Origin: Felis catus
Lineage: Eukaryota
DNA length: 64,000 nt
Reading direction: 5' to 3'
NCBI RefSeq assembly: GCF_018350175.1
Contig: NC_058368.1
Coordinates: 77,998,001-78,062,000, forward strand
Shown: positions 25,941 to 38,606 of the stretch, in pieces
Layout: the number at the start of each line of letters is the position of its first letter
Position numbering within the stretch: the stretch's first letter is position 1
The notes under the pieces: generated by a model
Database searches by the model: none
What the model saw: the letters and a program-made list of their open reading frames with translations, nothing else
Told to the model about the DNA's origin: nothing
Program-made: the position numbers and the translations under genes

Positions 25941-26496
25941 GGAGCGTGGTTTCAACTAGACACGGGCCACGTACGCAAGTTTTCTTCCCAAGCCACACAG
26001 CCCTCCTGTGTAATCACCCCTTCCTTTCCAAAGACACCCCTCTCGGGGGGCCCCACCGCCCCCTGCAGCTGCTGAGATTAGCAACTGACTGCCTCGCCTC
26101 GTGACTATGTGCCAATCCAAGTCATTCTCCAATTCACTTGCAATGTTCTTCTAGTTACAGAGCAAAATTTCAAACCCTAGATAGCCCCTCTCCATCACCT
26201 CTGCGAATACACACTGCGGGCATGCTCTCTTTTGTGCAGCAGGTGACAAAGAGCTAACAGTCCCACTGGAAAATTAATTGCTGATGAATATTGGGATACA
26301 ATTTCATAGCTGCTTTACTCTTGCGATTTCCTCAGGATGAATGCTAGTTCCCCTTTGTTCACTGAAGATATTCTACCAACCCATCAAACCCCAACTTACA
26401 TGCCACAGTTCTGTGACTATCCCTGAGTCCCAAATCAGAAATCATCGTTCCTTTCATTCTGATTATATGCCTTTTAGTCTCTATGTTACACTTTTT

Positions 26497-26702
26497 TTTA
26501 AATGTTTGTTTATTTTTAAGAGAGAGAAAGAGACAGAGCGTGAGTGGGGGAGGGGAAGAGAGAGGAGACAGAATCTGAAACAGGCTCCAGGCTCTGAGCT
26601 GTCAGCACAGAGCCCAATGCGGGGCTCGAACCCACGAACCGTGAGATCATGACCTGAGCCGAAGTGGGTCGCTTAACCGACTGAACCACCCAGGTGCGCC
26701 CC
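26497..26702 (-). mobile_element. CanSINE
   Basis: TSD tctatgttacacttttt at 26480-26496 and 26704-26720. Confidence 0.97.
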
Positions 26703-28234
26703 GTCTATGTTACACTTTTTATATTTTATGTTGATTGACGTCATAGGCACCAGCCATATATATCCACTCTAATTATGAGTTCACAGAAGACAGAAAATGC
26801 ATCCTATTAATGTTGACAGCTCCCCTAAGGTCTAAAACTTGTTTTTTGGTAGACAAAACTTAAATCTCTGCGTTTTTGCATAATTTCGTTGTTTTCACTG
26901 GCATCTAGAAAAGTTAATCACAGCAGTTAAAAAAAATCTCCCTCCTCAATATTTTTATAAGTAAGTGTGAGAGATGAAATCAAAGAAATAGAAACTATTT
27001 TAATGTTGTATACCACACAGGGTTGACTACTGAAATATGATTATTAATAACTGATGAAATCTTAAGTCCCATGAAAAGATAAAGCTTCACTCATTACAGC
27101 GAGATATACGCTACATTAATGAAAAGTCTGAATGTGGAATAAATGCTCTAATATCGAGTATACATGCAGGTATTTTTATTTCCATCAAGTAAACATAACT
27201 ACCAACCACATTTTGCTCGTGTGAGCACTTTGGACCTGCTTTAACGAATTAAATGTTTCTATGGTAATAGTATCTCTTGACTGTTCCAGTGAACGCCTCT
27301 AAGATATTGGAAGACATTTTTTTCACTTGGATTAGAGAAAAAGACTGCTTGAAATGGGTTCATTTAATGAAGGTGCTGAAAATATGCGATGCTGACATAT
27401 CTCAGCCCAGCTCCACTAAGGAATGGGCTGCTTTTGTCACGTGGATGAAAACGTACTTCTCATCATGGCTACGAAGACTGTGCTCAGATATTAATCCTCT
27501 AACTTCTCCTTACTAATATATATATATATTACACATGGATCCTTCCAGAACTTTGTACAACTTATTTAATATTTGGCATGTAAAACTTCTCATGCTTCTA
27601 GTATTTATTTTTATTTTTCTCAAGCCAAATCTTCTGTTTTCAAGATGTGTAATATTATGGAAATTTCTAAATAATGCCACAATAATTAATTTCTATCCAC
27701 GATATTATGAGATTTTAGAAAGCTTATTCTGCCTTGGCCTTATATAGGGATAAGATTAGCCACTTTCTTAATATATAATGATTGTGGCACAAGCTTGGTC
27801 AAATTTTCATATATTGTAAATTGTGAGCTTTGAATAAATATGCTTATTTGTATGTGTCATTTGACCACAGCAAATTAATCGCAATGAACAAAAAGAAACC
27901 AAAGCTATAATTAAGTTGATAAAAATGACTATTACATTCTGCAGCAGCATTATAGGTCTTGAAGGTGGCTGATTTAGAAACACAGATTACTACCTAAATA
28001 AACATCACGTGAACCAGAGAAACCTACCTGGAGAAGACCAAAATATTTATTTCCTCCCATAACATGTCCATTGCGGAGAGCTCATAAAATAAATTTTGGA
28101 AAACTCAAACTTGTTTTAATATTTGCTTTTTTATGTGCTTTTATATTTTCCTCTAACGTTGGCTATATATTAGGCATTGTTTATTATGTATTATTACATA
28201 TAATACATGTCATATATTTTTTACATTTGTTAGT

Positions 28235-28325
28235 GTTGTGTAAATGACCTATATCCATCAGTTGGTGAAAACAACATGCGGCAGAGCCATACCATGGAAT
28301 ATTATTTGGCAATAAAAATGAATGT
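28235..28325 (+). mobile_element. Short ancient L1M fragment
   Basis: tccatcag...ccataccatggaatattatttggcaataaaaatgaatg is an L1 ORF2-end motif. Confidence 0.55.
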
Positions 28326-29041
28326 AGCACTCACATAAACATGTTAGTGCTCTACCTGCCAAAACTCTGTTTTAACTGTGGCCAGACCAACCTCCCTAAA
28401 GTACAAATCTGTTTATGTCACTTTGCTACTTACAAATACTAATCGCTTCTCACCAACCACTCGGTAAGATCGGGACTTAAATTATTGGTTCTCTGACACT
28501 ATGGCCCCTGAAATGAAGCAAAAGCCTCTATCTGGACATTCTCTTTCTCTCCCTCTCTGTCTCTTCTCTCTCTCTCCCTTCCGTCTGTCTTCTATCCTTC
28601 TCCTACTCCCCCCACACAGATTTCATAATCTATACCTTCTAGATTTCATAAACTCTATCTGCCACTTGTTTTGCATGGTTTCTGATTCACAGTCATGTAT
28701 CTATAGAGTTGTCTAAGCTGGTTCTATCTTAAACCAGTTTCTTCTCCAACAAACAGAGTCATTCACAGGGAATCCAGAAGCTGAATCCTTGAAATGCACA
28801 TACATTACCGATTTCCCGCCCGGATCTCAAAGTCAAAGCTTTTTCTTCTCTTAACCCAGCCCTGTTTCATGTGACCCAGTTGGCAGAACCCTATTCCCAC
28901 TTCTTTGTCCAAGAAGACCGTTCGGACATCTATGCTCTTACAAAGACACTCCTTCAGAGGGGACTCTTTCTCTCACACACCATTTGCGCCCTCTGCAGTG
29001 ACACATAGTGTTTCGAACAAGGCAAGGTCTCAATAAGTACC

Positions 29042-29147
29042 TGTTTCGTGATGATGTACTGTGTGGTGTTTTGTGAACGCAAGATTTTCCTATGTTTCGT
29101 GATGATGTACTTACTGTGTGGTGTTTTGTGAACGCAAGATTTTCCTA
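29042..29147. repeat. Tandem duplication, 51-bp and 55-bp units
   Basis: tgtttcgtgatgatgtac[ttac]tgtgtggtgttttgtgaacgcaagattttccta twice. Confidence 0.95.
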
Positions 29148-29988
29148 TTTCTCCAAAGGAATTTTTATGGTCACTAGACTCGTCGATAACCGTATATTTT
29201 CATGAGTATAACTGACTCCGAAGTCCTGACTCACATTCACATTCTCAAAGTTGGATGTGCAATCTGACATTTACTTTGCATATGTTATTCCAGACTTTTC
29301 ATAGTGCATCACGCAAGCTGGCTAACACTGCCGTCGGCCTTGCTACCTGAAGTTCCCTATCTATCAACCTAGTAAAGGTGCTGCCACACAAACTTAGTTT
29401 TTCAAAACCTGCCAGGCAGAAGCTTATGGTATTTAGGGAGTCCAAAAGCCCTAAATGACAATTTCCAAGTGAATATTGGGAGAGTTCATCTCTTTCCCCT
29501 TTTCCACTATATAAATCTTTCTCTTCGTGCTCAAGGGCTTCACATTTTAATAGAAAATACATGTTTCCCGGTACCCACTACATTGATATTTCTGTCACAG
29601 TGCCTGCCGCTTACAGAGATTTTCCAATTCTAGTCTCTAGCTTAATAACCACAGGAGACACTGATTTGGCAAAATAGGATATTATTTCATGATGTAGTTC
29701 ATAATGAATGTTAGAAACCTGGCAGCAAATTTCCCTTGCCATATATTTACTCCAGGTATTGGTAAAAAGCACCCTGTGGAATGTGCACTCTTGGGTACAC
29801 AGATAAAATGCATAGCAACTTATTTTGCGTACTCCCTCCCCTAGCGTTTTATCAGAAATAGGCACACACAAACTATAGTCACTATACGTACCTGTGCATC
29901 ACAGCCTATGTTCCTTACTACAAAATGTGTCTCTAGTGCTGAAAACAAATGTTTTTTTTTTTTAAGAACTAAAAATATTTCTGTGTTC

Positions 29989-30225
29989 GGGGAGCCTGGG
30001 TGGCTCAGTCGGTTAAGTGTCTGACTTCAGCTCAGGTCACGATCTCACGGTTTGTGAGTTTGAGCCCCGCGTCGGCCTCTGTGCCGACAGCTCAGAGCCT
30101 GGAGCCTGCTTCAGATTCTGTGTCTCCTTGTCTCTCTCTCTCTCTGCCCCTCCCCTGCTTGTGCTCTGTCTCTCTCTCTGTCTCTCTCTCAAAAATAAAT
30201 AAATATTAAAAATAAATTTTAAATA
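29989..30225 (+). mobile_element. CanSINE
   Basis: Full body; flanks share tatttctgtg (TSD). Confidence 0.97.
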
Positions 30226-30499
30226 AAAGTATTTCTGTGCTTAAGTATGCTTTTTTTTACTTGTTTATTCATAGTTTTATGAACATGTTTCTCACATTTT
30301 GGTCTATGATAGCAATATTTATAAGAAGAAAATGTTTTACCTGATTTCCTGAGGACTTACACCCCGACATCCTTCAACCACTAAAACAGGAGTTGGCTCA
30401 ATCATTTACTATTATGCACGTATTACCAGTTACCATCAGCAATTGTAGCAATCTGTAGTTATATAAGCACAGGAATAAATCTAAGAGCAGATGATGCTG

Positions 30500-30830
30500 T
30501 GATGTCCTGTTGCTATCATGCCTCCTCTTATGAGGTGTCATGAGGTCATTTCTTCTCTGTGGTATTCTTTTCAAAACCTCATAACCCCAGTCAAATCTTG
30601 AGAAAAATATAGACAAATCTGGCGTGGAGACTTTCTACAGCATGCCCAGCCAGAATTCTTCAAACCGTCACGGTCATGAGAAGTAAAGAAATAATGAGAA
30701 CCGTCACAGACCAGAGGAGACTAGAGAGGCGAGACAACTAAATGCAATGTGGTCACTTGGATTGGATTTGATCCTGGAACAGAAAGAGAACATTCGTGGG
30801 GTAACTGGTGAGATCCAAATAAAGTCAAAT
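30500..30830 (+). mobile_element. L1MC/L1MD-type 3'UTR fragment
   Basis: cataaccccagtc, gacaactaaatgcaatgtgg, gatcctggaacagaaa and tccaaataaagtc motifs. Confidence 0.75.
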
Positions 30831-30950
30831 CGTTAACCATGCTAACAAGAAAGGAAATAAGACTTTAAACCAATTATTGAATTTAACTCATTTGTGAAAA
30901 TACTGTGTCATTCTCCTCCTCCTTCCTAAACCTTTAAACACCTTCTCTCA

Positions 30951-31115
30951 GGGGCACCTCAGTGGCTCGGTTGGTTAAGCATCAGACTCTTGATTGCGGC
31001 TCAAGTCATAATCTCACAGTTCATGAGATCAAGCCCCACATCAGGGTCTGCATTGTGGAGCCTGCTTGGGATTCTCTCCCTCCCTCTGCCCCTCCCCTGC
31101 TCATGCATGCGCTTG

Positions 31116-31168
<53 letters not shown>

Positions 31169-31204
31169 AAAACAAATAAATAAAACTTTAAAAAAGAAAG
31201 AAAG
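30951..31204 (+). mobile_element. CanSINE, older
   Basis: Head, (CT)n, tail; TSD aaaca(c/a)cttctct. Confidence 0.95.
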
Positions 31205-31467
31205 AAACAACTTCTCTTAATTATATGATAATCCATCTTTACATTCAAGTATGTTTTTTAAGGACGATACTGGCCTTGGCACAGTACAATTTCCAAAATA
31301 ACTCTGACAGCGCAAGAGATGTGGACCATGGTGATGCATGAACACACTTTCTTTTGTCATAGTATTTAGACTGTGTACATAAAAAAATCAATTGCAAACG
31401 TGTCTCTTTTAGAACGTGTGTAAGTGTATCATTGTGAGAGGCATGCTCGCTCCAAGAACGTGGGCCA

Positions 31468-31693
31468 GGGGCGCCTGGGGGCTCAGTTGGTTAAGCTTCC
31501 GACTTCAGCTCAGGTCGTGATCTCCCGGTTCGTGGGTTCAGGCCCCGTGTCGGGCTCTGTGCTGATAGCTCAGAGCCTGGAGCCAGCTTCGGATGCCGTG
31601 TCTCCCTCTCTCTCTGCCCCTCCCCCACTCACACTCCGTCTCTGTCTCTCTCCCAAAAATAAATTGAAAAAAAAATTGAAAAAAAAAAAAAAA
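31468..31693 (+). mobile_element. CanSINE
   Basis: Perfect 14-bp TSD aagaacgtgggcca at 31454-31467 and 31694-31707; long poly-A. Confidence 0.97.
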
Positions 31694-32779
31694 AAGAACG
31701 TGGGCCAACTTCTACTAGCAAAGCCTCTTGCCGTAAAAGGGCAAATGCGCCCCTTTGTGCAGCAGTGACGAAACCCATCTTGCCTGACATTCCTTTCCAC
31801 AGAAGTGATTTGTGTGGCCCAGCTCAGCTCTCCCTCCAACCCTCCCTGTTGTTCAGTGTCATGTGTTTAAGACCACCGTCCCTTCCCACTAGCCGTTCTG
31901 GAAGTGTGGTTTCTATGCTAGCAGCATCAGCATCAGCCAGAGCTCCATGCAGATGCAAACTTAAGACCGAGAGAGCCAGAAACGCTAGGACAGGCACCGC
32001 AATCTGTGTTCTCACCAGCCCTACAGGTGTTCCCACAACGCACCCAAATGTGAGAGCCATCACCTCACCATTAAAGCAATTTAATGAGGAAGTGCTTTTA
32101 CACCATTAACGTGGACGGCTATACAGGCTTACCATTGCAGCCGACAAATCACGGATGCTGTTAGAGTCCTGGGCTCCTTCTATTTACAACCTTTTTCACT
32201 GTTTTGGTTATACTTTAGCACTGAGGTGATCGAAAACGTCCCAAGTTTTGACCCTACAGTTAAAGGGATTAGATAGCGTGAGCTTTCTGGAAAGACAAGA
32301 AGACCTAAAGAAATTGTTAAATGTAAAAAAGAACAATGAAAAATTCAGGTGTGAAAGATTGTCCCAAAGATTGAAATGGTCAGTTAAACTGCTATAGTTA
32401 CACCAGAAATTTATGGTGTGTGAATATTAGTTCACCCTTCTGAGGAAGTCTGCTCTTTCTTCAAATTGGGTTTTAATAAAGTGTTTGCCGGTGGCCGTAA
32501 CAAATAATCGAGTACCACTGTGGTATACGGAGAACGAGAATCTTTGTAAATATGCTGGACGCAGCTGACCAAGGGAAATGCTGCTGTTAAGAGCATTTGT
32601 TTGGTTTTACTGTGACAGTTCAATTACCCAAATTTCCTCTGTCAATGTCTATCTCTTTCGTCTTCAGAGAACAGCCAGTCACCCTCCTTGTCTGCCTGGC
32701 AAACCCCTGCTTTTCGCGCCCAGTATGGCTGTTACTTCCCTGTTGGGTCTTCCCTTAACAGAGACTCAAGTACAACGAA

Positions 32780-33610
32780 AACTCCTTCGTAGGTGGTTAG
32801 CCAACTGTTGACTTCACCGTTATCACCCTTGCACACACCACCACCATCTCTCACTGGGTAGCTGCAACAGCCACACGGCCCACCCTCCACGAGCCCCTCT
32901 GCCCTGAGTCCAACTGGTCTTCGTACATAATCATGCCAACCCATTGGCTTTCCACTGTTCCGAGATTGAAAACAAATCTCATCACCATAGCCAAGAAGCC
33001 CGTCCCTCCTGCCTCACCTTCCACGGTGTTCTAGTCCCACTGGCCACCACTGGTATTTCCCACTGCCTATGCACCCTCCCCAGGGGCCTCTGTCCACCTG
33101 CCTGTGATAATCTCTCCCCTTCCACCAAGTGATGTTGTACACCAGGTTATGTTCTACACGGTCTTTCAAAGGTCAATCTTCAGAGAAGCCTTCCACGACT
33201 TTCCGGAGACCTTCTGCCCTCTTCTTTGGATGCAACTTTACAAGCATAAGATGTCAGAGCCAAAAAACTTGAGTTTTAAATATTGTTTATGCTACCTGTT
33301 AGCTGTGTGACATTGGGCAAGTTATTTGACCTACCTGTTCTCAGTTCTCTCATCTAGAAAACAGGACTGGTAATAGTGCTTAGTGCATAAAGCTGTTGGG
33401 AGGAACCAATCAGCTAGTACACGTTAAGTGCTTCTTGTACTGCTGGCATCCAGAAAATGCTCAATGTCATCATTGTGATTATTGCTCTTACGATTATCCG
33501 CCATCAGACTTCATACTCTTTAAAGACAAGGATGCTTTCTCTTTTTTAGTCTTGTATCACCTGCTAATGGGACATGGCTGGCTTTCAATAAATGTTCACT
33601 GAATTAACAA
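32780..33610 (+). mobile_element. L2 fragments interrupted by a MIR
   Basis: L2-like cccattggctttccactg...tcagagaagccttcc, with an L2 end tcaataaatgttcactgaattaa at about 33585-33606. Confidence 0.5.
33265..33480 (+). mobile_element. MIR SINE
   Basis: tagctgtgtgacattgggcaagttatttgacc...ctcagttctctcatctagaaaa MIR core. Confidence 0.85.
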
Positions 33611-33649
33611 ATGGCTCTTTCCTTAGCACCTTTTAAAATAATTATCATA

Positions 33650-33853
33650 GGGGCGCCTGGGTGGCTCAGTCAGTTAAGCACCTGACCTTGGTTTCAGCTT
33701 AGGTCATGATCTCACGGTTCGTGACTTTGAGCCCCATGTTGGGCTCTGCGCTGACAGTGCAGAGCCCGCTTGGGATTCTCTCTCCTTCTCTCTCTGCTTC
33801 TCTCTCTCCCCCACCCCCCTCTCAGAAAAAAATAAACGTAAAAAAATAAAATA
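33650..33853 (+). mobile_element. CanSINE
   Basis: Full head and tail. Confidence 0.96.
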
Positions 33854-33906
33854 AAATCATTAGTATCAGTAGACAATTCTGTTTTTTCACAAGATGGTCT
33901 GCTGTT

Positions 33907-34131
33907 GGGGCGCCTGGGTGGCGCAGTGGGTTAAGCGTCCGACTTCAGCCAGGTCACGATCTCGCGGTCCGTGAGTTCGAGCCCTGCGTCAGGCTCTGGG
34001 CTGATGGCTCAGAGCCTGGAGCCTGTTTCCGATTCTGTGTCTCCCTCTCTCTCTGCCCCTCCCCCGTTCATGCTCTGTCTCTCTCTGTCCCAAAAATAAA
34101 TAAACGTTGAAAAAAAAATTTTTTTTAAAAA
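33907..34131 (+). mobile_element. Young SINEC_Fc-type CanSINE
   Basis: CpG-rich, with gcgcagt/cagccagg/ctctgggctgatgg variants; perfect 16-bp TSD aagatggtctgctgtt at 33891-33906 and 34132-34147. Confidence 0.97.
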
Positions 34132-35744
34132 AAGATGGTCTGCTGTTAATAGCAGGAACTGCATCAAAGTCATCTGCTTTGATTCCAGTACCTAATAGCG
34201 CCAGACATATAGTAAATCTTTATTGAATGAGTAACCAAATTGGAAAAGAAATGAAAATAAAGTGTGAATAGATTAATTGTCTTAAAGCCATTTTCTTCGA
34301 TAATTTCCTTAACTACTTGCCTTTTGGCTGATGCTTCAATGAAATGAAAAGTCTATAATGGAATTCATTTTCCATTAGCGTTTCTGGGGAAGCACTCCTC
34401 AGACTTGAGAACACAAGCAAGACGGAAGGATAGAAGCCACCGATCTGAGAGTCCAGGCAGGAAATTCTGGCCCAAACAAATCCAGGTTAAAGGACTAAAA
34501 TAACAGACTCCAATAGAAACTGCTCATCTTACAACTCCAGTGGGTGTGTGCAGGTTCCTCCATTCCTCATGAATAAAAATAGGAAATCACAGAGTTCTAG
34601 GACAGGAAGCCTCTGCCACTGCTGCAGTCCACTTGTGTGAGCGCACACGTTTTCTGGAATGTGTGTACTGGGCTTTCCCTCGCCCTACAGTCCTGGGCCG
34701 TGCCTGCTTTGGGCCACTGACCTTATGAATTTCGGTTTCTCGCTTCAGTGGCCAATGCCAGAAATGTGAGAGTAGAAGATAAAGTAAGAAATTGCTTTCC
34801 ACCTCTCCTGAATTCAAGGACATAATCCCAAACCATGAATCTAGTAGTTACGCTGCTGTTCTTATTTATTTACTTGTTCATTTAGATTCCAACAGTATTT
34901 CGGATGTTTAGAGAGGAAAAGCAACACTGTGAATAGTAAACTCATCATTCCCAAAAGTCAAAAGCAACTGTCAGTTGTTAAGGTAGAACTGTTATATTCC
35001 TAGGCTGGGGAAGAGTTAGAATTTCGGGCCTATGTTACCAACTGTCCTTGTTGTTTTGTGATAAGCAACCTAAATCTAGTTTCTGGACACACCCTTACCA
35101 GTAAAATGAGGATATAGGTCTACTTTGGATGATCTCCATGATTACAAGGCTTTGTAACAGTAACTGGTCTCTCTCTTTATATTTAATGCATCATGTCCAA
35201 CCAAACCTAAAAGAAGCATGCTATTTAATCGGTGAAGTGCTATTTTTTAATATCAAAAGTCTTAAGACATAAAGAAAATGTTGATGCTCCTTAATTATTT
35301 TTTTAAAGTTAGATTTATAATCTATCATGAGAACCTATTTTCCTTCCCCTGAACTCTTACCCCAATCCATTTTTAGACCACAGTCATTACACGCCACGCT
35401 GAAAATACAAGTCACAGGGAGGATTAACTGAGTAAATCCTGAAAATAATATATAATAGTCAAAGCTGGGAAATAATTAAAAATAAATAAATCTACGTACT
35501 TGTAGAAAATAACTGATTCCCCTTATCATGCATATAAGCAGTGCTTCACCCACACAAAACCATGAAAAACAGAGACTTCATAAACCTATTAAATAAGCAG
35601 TCACCGTTCCAAACAAAGTTCAAGAATATATCTATGTTTTGGCTACGACTGATATAACTCATTAAAGACTAAAGGCAGCCAGCGGGTAGTCTTTGAAATG
35701 TAGCCACTTTGCTGGAGACTGCAACAGAGTATTTCAAGCTGAGA

Positions 35745-35999
35745 AAATGAGAAAGACAGGAGAGGACGGAAGAAAGAAGGAAAGAAGGAAGGAAGGAAGG
35801 GAGGGGGGAGGGAGAGAGGGAGGAAGGAGAGATAAAGAAAGAAAGAAAAGAATCAAAAATAGAAAAGAAAAGAAAAGAAAAGAAAAGAAAAGAAAAGAAA
35901 AGAAAAGAAACAAAGAAAAAGAAAAAAGAAAGGGAGGGAGGGAGGATGGAAGAAGGAGAAAGAGAAATGAGGGAGGAAAGAGAAAGAAAGAAAGAAGGA

Positions 36000-36031
<32 letters not shown>

Positions 36032-36302
36032 AAAAAGATGAAAGAAGAAAAGAAAAGAAAGAAAAGAAAAGAAAAGAAAAGAAAAGAAAAGAAAAGAAAA
36101 GAAAAGACAAAAAGAGAGACAGGAAGGGAAAGGGGGAGGGGGAGGGAGGAGGGAAGGGAGAAAGAGTGAGAAAGGAGAGATGGAAGGAGGGAGGAAGGGA
36201 GGGATAGAGGGAAGTTGGGGAGGGAGGGAAGAAAGGAAAGAAAGAAGGAAGGAAGGAAGGAAGGAAGGAAGGAAGGAAGGAAGGAAGGGAGGGAGGGAGG
36301 GA
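35745..36302. repeat. Compound polypurine tract: (GAAA)n, (GAAAA)n, (GGAA)n, (GGGA)n
   Basis: About 560 bp with very few pyrimidines on the + strand. Confidence 0.98.
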
Positions 36303-36398
36303 GTGGTGGGGACTGAGAGAGCACGCACACTCATCTGAGATCCTTGAAAAGTGGTCTTTCTGAACTAGTCCATTTCTGTGTAGATGCCAGATTTCTCC

Positions 36399-36432
36399 TG
36401 CGTGTGTGTGTGTGTGTGTGCGCGCACGCGCG

Positions 36433-36480
<48 letters not shown>
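36399..36480. repeat. (TG)n microsatellite with an internal (CG) block
   Basis: tgcgtgtg...gcgcgcacgcgcgcctgtgtg... Confidence 0.97.
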
Positions 36481-36481
<1 letters not shown>

Positions 36482-37399
36482 CCCCTACCATAGTGTAAAG
36501 TCACTCAGCCAACAATGCAACCTGAGAGAATATGCCTCTGGGAACGCCGGCAGGTGAAAAGCTGTCAAGCCCAGCGTGAGGACAGAACACGATGAAGGCA
36601 GGAGCACTACATGCATTCTCAAAGCAGAAGAGCACAGCCTAGAAATGGCGGGAAGGAGGGGTCCCTCTGGAATGGTCCAGCGTGAACGGAAAGATGCCAA
36701 GGGGCTCCAGGATCAAAGTGTGAAGCAGAAGAAAATACCCTTCCTAAAAAGAGAAGGCGGCTAATAAACTCTTCTCAGCGAGCGCAGCCTGAGTCCCTCT
36801 GTCAGAATGTACCTACTGTCACTTAGCTCGCAGGAGCACTACCGGGTCATGTTGGAGCACCCGCCTGCATAAAACATGTACAAACCGGCGAAGACCGTGA
36901 CCGTCTCAGAGAAGATGATGGCTCCCTCTGGACACCTGTTTTAAGCAATTAAATCGAATACTGCTGGAGTCATCTTTTAAAGGAAACAATTTTTTATATT
37001 TCATAAATTCTGAAAATAAATAGCAGTGGAGTATGTATTCAAGAAATAAGATCTTTCCTAATAAAAGGCCACTCTAGACTTAACTACATTTGCACACACC
37101 CTCTGCATTTTTTTCCTTCTGTTCTCTTCGCTTTTCAGTGAGCTGAGAGTTTGCCTTAGCTAAAGGAACATAATGATTCCTTCTTAATGAGTTATAGCTT
37201 TCCTTTAGAAAGATTCCACCCGAGCACCCAAGAATAACATCTGTCAGAGTCAGAGTCTGCTGAAGAATCACCGAGAACAGACCTATTCCTAGGAGCTAAA
37301 CCCAGGGTCTTTCCAGAAGGAGCCCTGGGCATAAAAGAGCATTACAATTCAACAGCCGAAACCCACCCTCCCAGGCCAGCAAACGTTAGACCATCTCTA

Positions 37400-37568
37400 G
37401 GCCGATTCATTCCAGGAGGAGGGAGGGCCTCAGGGATCCCTTTTCACATTCATGGGGGCTTCACCCCTATAACCTCATCACCTCCCAAAGGTCCCACCTC
37501 CAAATACCATCATCATGAACGTTAGGTTTCAATATACAAATCTGGGGAAACATATTTGATCTATGGCA
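37400..37568 (-). mobile_element. MaLR LTR fragment (MLT1A/MST-like)
   Basis: aacctcatcacctcccaaaggtcccacctccaaataccatca...ttaggtttcaata motif. Confidence 0.75.
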
Positions 37569-37624
37569 CCGTGAAAATCGATAGCTTAATTTTATTTAAC
37601 AAACATGTTTTTAAAAAACACTCT

Positions 37625-37773
37625 GGGGGTGCCAGGGTGGCTCAGTTGGTGAGTGTCCAACTTTGGCTCAGGTCATGATATAACCATCCATGGGTTCAAG
37701 CCTTACATCGGGCTCTGTGCTGACAGCTTGAAGCCTGGAGCCTGCCTCACACACTCACTCACTCACTCACTCA

Positions 37774-37807
<34 letters not shown>

Positions 37808-37858
37808 CTCCCCTACTCATGCTCTGTCTCTGTCTCAAAAATAAATTTAAAAATTTAA
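37625..37858 (+). mobile_element. CanSINE, first of a tandem pair
   Basis: TSD aaaaaacactct at 37613-37624 and 37859-37870. Confidence 0.95.
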
Positions 37859-37873
37859 AAAAAACACTCTTCT

Positions 37874-38003
37874 GGGGTGCCCGGGTGGCTCAGTCACTTA
37901 AGTGTCCCACTTTGGCTCAGGTCATGATCTCATGGTTCGTGGGTTTAAACCCTGCTTCAGGTCCTCTATCCCCCTCTCTCTGTGCCCCTCCCCTACTCAT
38001 GCT

Positions 38004-38037
<34 letters not shown>

Positions 38038-38046
38038 AACAAAAAC
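37874..38046 (+). mobile_element. CanSINE with an internal deletion, second of the tandem pair
   Basis: ggggtgcccgggtggctcag head; central part absent; (CT)n tail. Confidence 0.93.
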
Positions 38047-38486
38047 AAAACTCTGCTTTATCTGCCACAGACATATAAAAATGGGATAAATACATCTTTC
38101 TTTGTCACTATAGTAGTGAGTTGGAAAAGAACAACAATATTATAATTACTGGGTACAGTTTTAAGAAAACTGAGCTTGTGTTTGGAAAGGGCAGTTAAAA
38201 ATATGTCAGCACGGGGAAGATCGGTTCCTCTGGGAATATCCACACTCATCTATTTCTCTGAACAAACCCAGCAGGGGCCACGAATGAACAGGCAAGTGCC
38301 TGCCCCTCTGCCAGGCTCTCCCAGCTGTCACTCAGCTGGCTGGGCCAGCGTGTGCCCATGGTACCGGGCACACGGCAGATGACAGTGGTCTTACCGTGTC
38401 CGAGCAAACTGAAGGGATCCGTGAATTAGACTTCACATTATTTCTTGTTCGGGCAATTTTCAGGTTAGTCTTAAAATGGCACTTAC

Positions 38487-38606
38487 ATTCAACGACACGA
38501 TGTTATCCTTCTTTCTGAAAAGGTTCTTATGAGTACTTAGCATCAAGCTTCCCCTTAGTATCACCTGCATTGCCAACTTTGTTATTATTACACAGCCCAT
38601 GTTCAT
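38487..38606 (-). other. Candidate alternative first coding exon (40 codons), unidentified
   Basis: gccATG at 38606 open for 120 nt to AAT|gtaagt; no homology recognised. Confidence 0.2.

Noticed and set aside
30000..30209. Recurrent MAQSVK...SAQV.ISRFV peptide family (also near 834, 31424, 49724, 52458, 59011)
   Set aside because: Translations of CanSINE copies, not a gene family.
35669..36491. Four long ORFs of 158-221 aa
   Set aside because: Translations of the polypurine microsatellite, which lacks stop codons; low-complexity F/S/L or K/R/E peptides.
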